Source of the DNA: Micropepsaceae bacterium
GTDB lineage: Bacteria; Pseudomonadota; Alphaproteobacteria; Micropepsales; Micropepsaceae
DNA length: 41,062 nucleotides
Assembly (NCBI GenBank): GCA_035577685.1
Contig: DATLVC010000061.1
Location: forward strand, 1 to 41,062
Reading direction: 5' to 3'
Part shown: in pieces, positions 26,291-34,408 of the stretch
How positions within the stretch are numbered: position 1 is the first letter of the stretch
Layout of the letters: each line of letters begins with the position of its first letter
Translations under genes and position numbers: made by a program
The notes under the pieces: generated by a model
The model's input: only the letters and a program-made list of their open reading frames with translations
Databases searched by the model: none
What the model was told of the DNA's origin: nothing

Positions 26291-28473
26291 CGCAAAAGAG
26301 GGGGAAGCGCCGGGGGATTTTTCGGGAGACTCGCACGGCGGTGACACTTGTCGCCGCGGGTGCGTTGGGCTCCGCCATCGGGCTGGGCGCTGCGAAGGCG
26401 CAAACCAGCGAGCCGCCGCGCGTGCTGCTGCAAGGCGACGAGATCACCTATGATTCCAATACCGGCGTGGTCACCGCCGAAGGCCATGTCGAGATTTCCG
26501 ACGATCAGCGCACGCTGCTTGCGGACAAAGTCACCTATGACGAAAACACCAACACCGTCACGGCCAGCGGCAATGTCAGCCTGCAGGATGCAACCGGAAC
26601 TGTCGCCTACGCCGATTCCGTCGAACTGACGCAGGATTTGCGCGAAGGCGCTTTGCAGGGTTTCGCTGCGCTGATCGGGCAATCGGGGCGCTTGGCCGCA
26701 TCCTCCGGCGAGCGGCGCGAAGGTCGCTTCACCATTGCTCACGGCGCCATCTTCACGCCTTGCACCATCTGCAAGGACGATGGCGAACGCATGCCGCTCT
26801 GGCAAATCCGCGCCGCGCGCATCGTTCACGACGAGCTGGAAAAGGAAATCTATTTCGAAGATGCAGCCTTCGAGTTCCTCGGCGTGCCGATTCTGTATCT
26901 GCCGTATTTCTCCGAAGCCGATCCCACCGTCAAATATAAGAGCGGGTTTCTTCTTCCCGACATCGGCACCATCGGCGCCATCGGAAGCTTCATCAAGATC
27001 CCCTATTACATTTCCCTATCGCCTTCCCGCGATCTGACGCTCGATCCGTTCATCACCACGCAAGGCGGAACGGTGTTGCAGACCGAATATCGCGAGCGCT
27101 GGGGCGCCGGCGGAATGTGGCTGCAGGGAACGCTCGGCTATGATTCCAGCGCGGCAGGCAAACCTGGCGAGAGCATCTGGATGGGCAGCCTTTTCGGCTC
27201 CGGCCGGGTGCCTCTTAATGATGACGGCTGGCGCGCCGGTTTCGATGTCCAGCTCGCCTCGAACAAGACCTATCTCAAGCGCTACGAGCTTTCTAATCTC
27301 GACCGCCTCACGAGCAGTCTCTTCACCGACGATGTAGAGGGGCGCAGCCGCGCCGCGATCACCGGCTACTTCTTCCAGAGCTTAAGAGCGACCGACGTCA
27401 CCGCGCAGATGCCGCTCGCGTTGCCGCTGCTCGAATACACCTACATTCCTGAATACAAAGTGTGGGGTGGACGATTCCGCGCCGATACCAGCGCGCTTTA
27501 TCTCGATCGCACCCAAGGCACCAACATGCTGCGGGGCTCGCTCGACGCCGATTGGCGCCTTCCCTTCACAACCAATGACGGGCAGCTGATCACCTTCGAG
27601 ACATTCCTGCGCGGCGATGCCTATTACATCAGCGACACCGCCTTCGACGTGCCGGGCGCGGTGAAGAGCACCGAAACGATCGGACGCATGCTCGGCTACG
27701 GCATGGTGGAATGGCGCTATCCTTTCGTCAGCGACATCAACATCCCGAATACGACGCTGGTGGTCGAACCTATCGCCCAGCTGGTCGCAGCCTCGGGCGG
27801 CGGAAATCCGGTCGGCCTGCCCAATGAGGACAGCACCGCATTCGAATTCGACATCACCAATCTGTTCAGTGCCAATCCGGCGCCCGGCCTGGACCTTTGG
27901 ACGGGCGGCCCGCGCTCCAATGTGGGGGTTCGCGCCAGCGTGCTGCTTCCCGGCGGGACGGTCGAGGCCATGCTTGGCGAGCAGTTCCGCTTCACGACCG
28001 ACTCGTCGCTACCTACAGGGCTGCGTCTGAACGACGACAAATCGGACATTGTCGGCCAGTTCAAGATCGAGTTTCCCAATATTGCCCTGACCCATCAGTT
28101 CAATATCGATCCGGACGACGGCACCATCAGGCGCAATGAAGTCTATCTGCGGGCGCGATTCGGCCGTTCGGTGGTCGATCTGAGCTATCTCAAGCTTCCC
28201 CAAAGCGCCGCCGACCCAACTTTGGGCGAGCAGGAGCAGATCAATCTGACCACGACGGTCCAGGTTTATCGCAATTGGGGGGTTTTCGGTGAAATCCGGC
28301 GGGATCTCGCCAAAAATCAGGAGCTGGAGAGCAGCATCGGGATCACCTATGACGATGAATGCTTTGTCGCATCGCTGGGTTTCCATCGCCGGGACACTGC
28401 GACGTTGAACCTGAAGCCTTCGTCGGCAGTGATTTTTCGCCTTGGGCTGAAAACAGGCTATACCGCCCGGTAG
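26287..28473 (+). CDS. lptD: LPS-assembly outer-membrane protein LptD
   Basis: A signal peptide is present. The OstA-like N-terminal repeat is visible ('DEITYDSNTGVVTAEGHVEI..DQRTLLADKVTYDENTNTVTASGNVSL'). A large aromatic-rich beta-barrel part ends '...FRLGLKTGYTAR'. Confidence 0.9.
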   Translation: MTQKRGKRRGIFRETRTAVTLVAAGALGSAIGLGAAKAQTSEPPRVLLQGDEITYDSNTGVVTAEGHVEISDDQRTLLADKVTYDENTNTVTASGNVSLQDATGTVAYADSVELTQDLREGALQGFAALIGQSGRLAASSGERREGRFTIAHGAIFTPCTICKDDGERMPLWQIRAARIVHDELEKEIYFEDAAFEFLGVPILYLPYFSEADPTVKYKSGFLLPDIGTIGAIGSFIKIPYYISLSPSRDLTLDPFITTQGGTVLQTEYRERWGAGGMWLQGTLGYDSSAAGKPGESIWMGSLFGSGRVPLNDDGWRAGFDVQLASNKTYLKRYELSNLDRLTSSLFTDDVEGRSRAAITGYFFQSLRATDVTAQMPLALPLLEYTYIPEYKVWGGRFRADTSALYLDRTQGTNMLRGSLDADWRLPFTTNDGQLITFETFLRGDAYYISDTAFDVPGAVKSTETIGRMLGYGMVEWRYPFVSDINIPNTTLVVEPIAQLVAASGGGNPVGLPNEDSTAFEFDITNLFSANPAPGLDLWTGGPRSNVGVRASVLLPGGTVEAMLGEQFRFTTDSSLPTGLRLNDDKSDIVGQFKIEFPNIALTHQFNIDPDDGTIRRNEVYLRARFGRSVVDLSYLKLPQSAADPTLGEQEQINLTTTVQVYRNWGVFGEIRRDLAKNQELESSIGITYDDECFVASLGFHRRDTATLNLKPSSAVIFRLGLKTGYTAR

Positions 28474-28606
28474 CCGGGGGAACCCGCCCCAAACGCTTGA
28501 ACCGCCGGGTGAAATGCGTAGATTCGCCCCTGGAGGAGCTGGCCGGGGGCGCGCGTCAAAGCGAATGCTTGACGCCGCTTGTAGACACATAGTCGGAGAT
28601 GATGCC

Positions 28607-30163
28607 GTGTCATATCGCTTAGATGTGTTTCTGCGAACTCTGTGTTTGGCCGGAGCCGCATTCGCGCCCATGGCAGCCGTGGCCCAGGACGTCGGCGTTC
28701 CGCTGCAACCCGGTATCCTGTCCCAGGCAGGGGCGTCGGCCGCCCTGATCAATCCCCAGCCCGGCGCAGAGGAGCTTCCGCCCGCGGAAGCTCCGGCTGA
28801 GCCCGCCCCGGCTCCGGCCGCGCCTGCCGCACCGCCCGCGGCTGAGGCACCGCCTGCGGCGGCGCCCGCTTCACCGATCACCGCCGTCGAGCCGAGCGCG
28901 GGCAAACCCGGCGAGCGCGTGAACATCATCGCGCCTCAGACTTCCACCGGCGTGGCGGCCATCGTCAATGATTTCGTGATTTCGAATTACGATCTCGACC
29001 AGCGCACCGCATTGTTCGTCACGACCTCCGGTGTGCGTCCAACCCGCGACAATCTTGCGCAAATCCGTTCCCAGGTTCTGCGTTCGCTCGAAGACGAAGT
29101 GCTCGAACTGCAGGAAGCCAAGAAGCACAAGCTCACGGCCTCCAAGGCGGAAGTCGACAAGGCGCTGCAGAACATTGCCGACGACAACAAGCTCACCGTC
29201 GACCAGATACTCGATACAATCACTAAGGCCGGTGTCACCGCGACGACGTTCCGCCAGCAGGTGACCGCGCAATTGATCTGGCAGAAGCTCGTCGCGGCCC
29301 GCTACGGCTCGGACGTTACCATTTCCGATTCCCAGGTTGACGAAGCCATGCAGCGCCTGAAACTCGGCTCGGACAAACCGCAATTCCTGGTCGGCGAAAT
29401 CTTCGTCGCGGTCGACAGACCCGAAGACGAGATGAACATTCGCGCCAGCGCCGAACAGATTTCGCTGCAGATCATGCAGGGCGCCCCGTTCCCGACGGTC
29501 GCCGGCCAATTCAGTCAGTCGCCTTCCGCTGCCGATGGCGGCGATATCGGCTGGGTTGTCCAGGGGCAATTGGCCGAGGAACTCGACCATGCCCTCTCCG
29601 AGCTGCGGCCCGGACAGACGACCGCACCGATCCGGGCGGAAGGCGGCTTCTATGTGCTGCAACTGCGCGACCGGCGGGAGCCGGTCGGCACCAAGACGAC
29701 ACCGGTCGCGGCCGCGCCAACCGATCCGGATGCGCCCCTGCCGCTTGACCGCCTGTTGATTCCGCTTCCGCCCAATCCCGAAGCGATGCTTCGGGATCGC
29801 GCCATGACGCTCGCGAACACGGTGAAGAATCAGGCTCGAAGCTGCGCCGACCTCCCGACCATTGCGAACCAACTACAAGGTACGGTTTACGCGCGGCTCG
29901 GCAATGTGAATCCGAAAGATCTCAACCCGGAGCTGCGCGCAGCTCTTGCCAAGACCGGACCGGGCGAAGGTGTGCCGCCCTTCCTTTCACCTGCCGGGGT
30001 GGAGATCATCCTTCGCTGCGATCTGGCCCCGCCGAAGCTCGTGGCCTTCGAATTGCCGTCCCGCGAACAGCTCCAGCAGCAGCTTTTCGTGCAGCAAATG
30101 GGCATCTATGCGAAGAGCTATTTGCGCGATCTAAGGCGGGACGCCGTTGTCGAAACGCGATGA
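28607..30163 (+). CDS. surA: SurA-like periplasmic chaperone / peptidyl-prolyl isomerase with N-terminal Pro/Ala-rich spacer
   Basis: The GTG at 28607 (GGAG 8 nt upstream) gives the signal peptide (M)SYRLDVFLRTLCLAGAAFAPMAAVAQD. A SurA N-domain-like helical region and a parvulin-like segment ('GGDIGWV..GQL..EL...L..L.PGQ...PI....G.Y.L') are present. The position between lptD and pdxA is conserved. The ORF-track start 28514 is probably too far upstream. Confidence 0.8.
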   Translation: MSYRLDVFLRTLCLAGAAFAPMAAVAQDVGVPLQPGILSQAGASAALINPQPGAEELPPAEAPAEPAPAPAAPAAPPAAEAPPAAAPASPITAVEPSAGKPGERVNIIAPQTSTGVAAIVNDFVISNYDLDQRTALFVTTSGVRPTRDNLAQIRSQVLRSLEDEVLELQEAKKHKLTASKAEVDKALQNIADDNKLTVDQILDTITKAGVTATTFRQQVTAQLIWQKLVAARYGSDVTISDSQVDEAMQRLKLGSDKPQFLVGEIFVAVDRPEDEMNIRASAEQISLQIMQGAPFPTVAGQFSQSPSAADGGDIGWVVQGQLAEELDHALSELRPGQTTAPIRAEGGFYVLQLRDRREPVGTKTTPVAAAPTDPDAPLPLDRLLIPLPPNPEAMLRDRAMTLANTVKNQARSCADLPTIANQLQGTVYARLGNVNPKDLNPELRAALAKTGPGEGVPPFLSPAGVEIILRCDLAPPKLVAFELPSREQLQQQLFVQQMGIYAKSYLRDLRRDAVVETR

Positions 30164-31139
30164 TGGAGGCGCCAAGCTTCCCATCGTCATCAGCCAGGGC
30201 GAGCCGGCAGGCATAGGGCCGGAGATCGCCGTCAAGGCATGGGCCGCGCTTTCAGGTGCCATCGAAGGGCGGCCGTTGCGCCTGATCGGCAGCGCCGAGC
30301 TGTTTCACAAAGCTGCGGATTTTTCCGATGTCGATGCCACCGGTCTGGACCGCGCGATCATCGATACGCATGCCAAAATTCGCAGCCAGCCGAGCCGCCC
30401 CTCCAAAGACGATGCGAATGCCGTGACCGGCGCCATCGAGCGGGGCGTGCGCGCCTGCCAGAACGGCGAAGCGGCGGCCCTCGTCACCGCGCCTATCCAT
30501 AAGGCTGTGCTGACGCAGGCCGGATTCGGTTTTCCGGGCCACACCGAGTTCCTGGCGGCGCTGACGGCGCGCGAGCGCGCCGTGATGATGCTGGCGTCTT
30601 CGGATGCCGACCCGCCTTTGCGCGTCGTGCCGTTCACGATCCATATCCCGCTGAAGGAGGTATTCGCCCGGCTTGATGTGGATGCGATTGTCGCGACCGC
30701 GCTCGTGGTGATCGAGGGACTTGCGCGCGATTTCGGCTGCGCTGTCCCGCGGCTGGCAATCGCCGGGCTCAATCCCCACGCGGGCGAGGACGGGACCATG
30801 GGCCGGGAGGATGCCGATATCATCGCGCCCGCGGTGGACCGCTTGCGCAAGCAGGGATACAGGGTGTCGGGGCCGCTTCCCGCCGATACGATGTTCCATG
30901 AGGACGCTCGCAAAAACTATGATGCTGCGCTTTGCATGTATCACGACCAGGCGCTAATCCCGATCAAGACGATTGCCTTTTGGACCGGCGTCAACGTCAC
31001 GTTGGGCCTTCCCATCGTGCGGACCTCGCCCGACCACGGGACGGCGTTCGACATCGCCGGCCAAGGCATCGCGAATCCGGCGAGCATGATCGCCGCCATT
31101 CGCATGGCCGCCGATATCGCCGCCAGGCGGGGCCTGTGA
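30147..31139 (+). CDS. pdxA: 4-hydroxythreonine-4-phosphate dehydrogenase
   Basis: Motifs '[10 protein letters not shown]', 'GHTEFLA', 'GLNPHAGE', 'MYHDQALIP' and '[18 protein letters not shown]' are present. There is no in-frame ATG near the start, so the TTG at 30147 is used; it overlaps the surA 3' end by 17 nt. Confidence 0.92.
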   Translation: MSKRDDGGAKLPIVISQGEPAGIGPEIAVKAWAALSGAIEGRPLRLIGSAELFHKAADFSDVDATGLDRAIIDTHAKIRSQPSRPSKDDANAVTGAIERGVRACQNGEAAALVTAPIHKAVLTQAGFGFPGHTEFLAALTARERAVMMLASSDADPPLRVVPFTIHIPLKEVFARLDVDAIVATALVVIEGLARDFGCAVPRLAIAGLNPHAGEDGTMGREDADIIAPAVDRLRKQGYRVSGPLPADTMFHEDARKNYDAALCMYHDQALIPIKTIAFWTGVNVTLGLPIVRTSPDHGTAFDIAGQGIANPASMIAAIRMAADIAARRGL

Positions 31140-32014
31140 CTCAACATGGCGTGAGCGAAGACGGCCTGCCGCCTTTGCGGGCCGTGATCGCCGCCCATGG
31201 CCTGACGCCCAAGCGGAGCCTCGGACAGAATTTCATCTTCGATCTCAATCTGACGCGGCGCATCGCGCGTGAGGCGAAAGTTGCGGAGGCTGCCGTTTAT
31301 GAGGTCGGGCCCGGCCCGGGCGGGTTGACGCGTGCCTTGCTGGCTGAGGGCGCGGCGCGGGTGATCGCTGTGGAGCGCGATGCGCGTGCCCTGCCGGCGC
31401 TCAACGATATTGCCGCCGCCAAACCGGGGCGGCTCGAGGTGGTGCAAGCCGATGCGCTGGAATTGGATGAACGCGCCCTGCTTTCCAACTTGGGCGTGAC
31501 GCAGCCAGTTCCTGTCGTTGCCAATCTGCCGTTCAATGTCGGGACCGCGATACTGATCAAATGGCTCAGCACCGATTGGCCGCCCTGGTGGCAGAGCCTT
31601 ACCCTGATGTTCCAGAAGGAAGTGGCGGAACGGATTTGTGCCGAGCCGGGGGACGACGCCTATGGACGCCTATCGGTGCTCGCCTCATGGCGCACGCGCG
31701 CGCGTATTCTGTTCGACGTGTCGCGCAGCGCTTTCGTGCCGCCCCCCAATGTGACCTCGGCGGTGATTCGCATCGAGCCTTTGCCGGCGCCGCGCTATGA
31801 GGCGGAGCTTGGCGACCTCGAAGCGGTGACCGCCGCGGCCTTCGGTCAGCGGCGCAAGATGTTGCGCGGAAGTCTGAAGTCGCTCACCCAGGATGCCGAA
31901 GCGCTGCTCGAAGCGGCCGGTGTGCCAGGCACTGCACGCGCGGAAGAATTGAACCTCGCCCAATTCTGCGCGCTGGCAAGAGCGCTCGCGCGAAAAAGCC
32001 AATCTCTGCCTTGA
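31136..32014 (+). CDS. rsmA: 16S rRNA (adenine1518/1519-N6)-dimethyltransferase
   Basis: Motifs '[11 protein letters not shown]', SAM-binding '[14 protein letters not shown]' and '[10 protein letters not shown]' are present. The GTG at 31136 overlaps the pdxA stop (GTGA); GTG 31151 is an alternative. The ORF-track start 30932 lies inside pdxA. Confidence 0.9.
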   Translation: MTQHGVSEDGLPPLRAVIAAHGLTPKRSLGQNFIFDLNLTRRIAREAKVAEAAVYEVGPGPGGLTRALLAEGAARVIAVERDARALPALNDIAAAKPGRLEVVQADALELDERALLSNLGVTQPVPVVANLPFNVGTAILIKWLSTDWPPWWQSLTLMFQKEVAERICAEPGDDAYGRLSVLASWRTRARILFDVSRSAFVPPPNVTSAVIRIEPLPAPRYEAELGDLEAVTAAAFGQRRKMLRGSLKSLTQDAEALLEAAGVPGTARAEELNLAQFCALARALARKSQSLP

Positions 32015-32048
32015 TCGCGGCGCAAACCGTCGTAACGAAGCGCAGCGC

Positions 32049-32636
32049 TTAAATCGCCGGTTGGCGCGGTTCGGGGCGGTGGTTCTTGTCCAGCACCATG
32101 AAGCGCGTGTCCGGATCGCATTTGTCCTCTTCGCACGTCATGCCCCAGGCATAGGAATCGTAGTCGAAGAAGAACAGCCGCATTGTCTCTCCCGACACCG
32201 ATACCAGATCGACACGATAGGCGTCCGGCTTCACTTCCTTGTCGTCGAAGCCCACATGAAACGTGTCATAGGCCTTCTCGAATTCGTCGCCCTGCACCTT
32301 CTTGACGTCGATTTTGGTGAAATAGGATTTATTGTCACCCATCTCTTCGGCCGGCTTGTCCATCAGCTGCGAGGGAATGAACACCATCCCGGACGCGTCC
32401 GGCATGATCCACACCCAATTCTCGCTGCTCGTCAGCACATGCCCGATCGGCGTGCAGACAACGCGTCCCCATTTGGCAAGCGGCATCGGAAGCTTTGTCA
32501 CCGCATCCGGAGACGCGGCCGAACAGTCGTGACTTTCGGCGGCTTGGCTTTCAACGGCGCTGGCAGGAACAGACAACCTGAGCGGGGCAACAATCGTCAG
32601 CACACTGACCGCAAGCAACCACCGGGGAATCCGCAT
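32049..32636 (-). CDS. Exported hypothetical protein (195 aa, Cys-containing), no family recognised
   Basis: A signal peptide MRIPRWLLAVSVLTIVAPLRLSVPASA is present. A strong SD AAGGAG lies 8 nt before the ATG and overlaps the gmk stop codon (12-nt gap), implying co-transcription with yicC-gmk. Confidence 0.7.
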   Translation of the reverse strand: MRIPRWLLAVSVLTIVAPLRLSVPASAVESQAAESHDCSAASPDAVTKLPMPLAKWGRVVCTPIGHVLTSSENWVWIMPDASGMVFIPSQLMDKPAEEMGDNKSYFTKIDVKKVQGDEFEKAYDTFHVGFDDKEVKPDAYRVDLVSVSGETMRLFFFDYDSYAWGMTCEEDKCDPDTRFMVLDKNHRPEPRQPAI

Positions 32637-32648
32637 CGCACAAGCTCC

Positions 32649-33281
32649 TTAGTCCTGGGTCAGGCGCCTCACGAAGTCCACCAGCCCGATTTGCCTCTGC
32701 CGGTTTAAACGCTCGGCTGCAACAATGGCTTCAAGCTGTCCCAAGGCTTTGTCGAGCTCGTCGTTCACGATGACATAGTCATATTCCGACCAGCGGCTGA
32801 TTTCATTGTTGGCCTCGGCCATTCGGCGCGCCACCACGTCCGGTGGATCCTCGGCGCGGCCCTTCAAGCGGCGCTCGAGTTCAGCACGCGAAGGCGGAAG
32901 GATAAATACCCGTACCAAATCGTCTTTTGCCTGTTGGGCCAGCTGCTGGGCGCCCTGCCAATCGATGTCGAACAGCACGTCGCGCCCCTCGGCCAACATG
33001 ATTTCCACCGCGGCCTTGGGCGTGCCATAGCGGTTGGCAAAGACCGTGGCGTGTTCCAGGAACGCGTCATTCCCCACCATGATCGCAAATTGTTCCGCTG
33101 TGACGAAAATGTAATCCTTGCCGTCCACCTCGTTCACCCGCTTGGGACGGGTGGTCACCGAAACCGACATCGCGATTGTGGGATCGCTTGCGAGCAGACG
33201 CCGCGAAAGCGTCGTCTTGCCTGCGCCGGACGGCGAGGAAACGACCAGCATCAAACCGCGTCGGGCAATGGACGGAGTCAT
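32649..33281 (-). CDS. gmk: Guanylate kinase
   Basis: P-loop 'VSSPSGAGKTTL', 'TTRP.R..E..G.DY.F' and 'IDWQGA' motifs are present. The ATG at 33281 overlaps the yicC stop (ATGA); the ORF-track start 33374 lies inside yicC. Confidence 0.93.
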   Translation of the reverse strand: MTPSIARRGLMLVVSSPSGAGKTTLSRRLLASDPTIAMSVSVTTRPKRVNEVDGKDYIFVTAEQFAIMVGNDAFLEHATVFANRYGTPKAAVEIMLAEGRDVLFDIDWQGAQQLAQQAKDDLVRVFILPPSRAELERRLKGRAEDPPDVVARRMAEANNEISRWSEYDYVIVNDELDKALGQLEAIVAAERLNRQRQIGLVDFVRRLTQD

Positions 33282-34168
33282 TCGACGTTCTGGACCTGCT
33301 CGCGAAACTGATCGATCACCGCCTTCAACGCGAGCCCGACATGGGTGAGCTGAATGTCCGAAGACTTCGAGCACAGCGTGTTGGCTTCACGATTAAATTC
33401 CTGCGCGAGGAAATCGAGCTTGCGCCCCGCCGGGTCCTTGCCGGCGATGAGCGCACGCGCTTCCTGGCAATGGGCGGAAAGGCGGTCGAGTTCTTCGCGC
33501 AAATCGGCGCGCGCGGCCAGCAGCGCGACTTCTTGCGCGATGCGATCTTCCGGCAGGTTCGAACCCGCTGCGAGAAGCTCCTTCAATTGCGTCATCATGC
33601 GTTCGCGCAACAGGAAAGGCTGCTGGGCAGACAAGGTTCGGGCTTCGCCAGTCAGCCGCTCGATCTCGCCCACCTGCATTAAGAGAACCGCTTCCAGCTT
33701 GGTACCTTCTGTCGCGCGCGCGCGCGATAGAAGATCGAACGCATCGGCGAGCGATGTCAGCAGAGCTGCATCGCGCGCCAATCGGGCTTCGTCGTTCAGC
33801 GCGGCATTTTCTTCCTGAACCACCACGCCCTTCAGGGCGAGGATCCCATCGACGCGCGCGGGCGGCAAACCAGTCTCCTCCGCGACCCGCTTGGCGATGC
33901 GCACGGCATCGGCCAGGGCCGCGGCATCGATGCGAAAGCCGCGGCCGCTGTCCTCGGATGAAACCGTCAAGACGACCTGCAACGAACCGCGCTTGAAGCG
34001 CTCGGCGGCCAGCGTGCGCCCGCCCACTTCCAAACCTTCATAACCGACTGGCGCGCGGAACCGGAAGTCGAGCCCGCGGCCATTGACGCTCTTGGCCTCC
34101 CAGCGCCAGCGCAATCCGCTATGGGTGCCGCGCGCATCGGCGAATCCGGTCATGCTGATGAGGGGCAA
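33278..34168 (-). CDS. yicC: YicC-family stress-induced protein
   Basis: The N-terminus 'SMTGFA' and C-terminal 'RKLDFLAQEFNREANTLCSKS...IDQFREQVQNVE' are canonical YicC. The TTG at 34168 has GAGGAG 6 nt upstream and gives M-PLISMTGFA; ATG 34153 is an alternative, and the ORF-track start 34300 is unlikely. Confidence 0.85.
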   Translation of the reverse strand: MPLISMTGFADARGTHSGLRWRWEAKSVNGRGLDFRFRAPVGYEGLEVGGRTLAAERFKRGSLQVVLTVSSEDSGRGFRIDAAALADAVRIAKRVAEETGLPPARVDGILALKGVVVQEENAALNDEARLARDAALLTSLADAFDLLSRARATEGTKLEAVLLMQVGEIERLTGEARTLSAQQPFLLRERMMTQLKELLAAGSNLPEDRIAQEVALLAARADLREELDRLSAHCQEARALIAGKDPAGRKLDFLAQEFNREANTLCSKSSDIQLTHVGLALKAVIDQFREQVQNVE

Positions 34169-34308
34169 ACCCGTCTCCTCGGAATCGAAAGAACGAACTT
34201 CGGCACGAACCCAGCGCCAGTGCAAGCGGATTGGGCATGGGTTTACTTTATTCCCTCGCCTGTTCTGCCGGGCAGGCCGGGGGCCAGTCATCAATTTCAA
34301 GGATTAGG

Positions 34309-34328
34309 AATTCGTGCGTGCACGAATT
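34309..34328. promoter_or_regulatory. Perfect 9+9 bp palindrome (operator-like) in the yicC / orphan divergent intergenic region
   Basis: AATTCGTGC-GT-GCACGAATT ends 81 nt before the orphan ATG (34409). The 2-nt spacer argues for a dimeric DNA-binding-protein site rather than an RNA hairpin. Confidence 0.3.
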
Positions 34329-34408
34329 TGTCGTATTACGAAGGGGGGCCCGGTGAAATGATCGGCAGGGCACGCGCCACCAGGCCTCGCGGCGCGGAAA
34401 GATGACGC

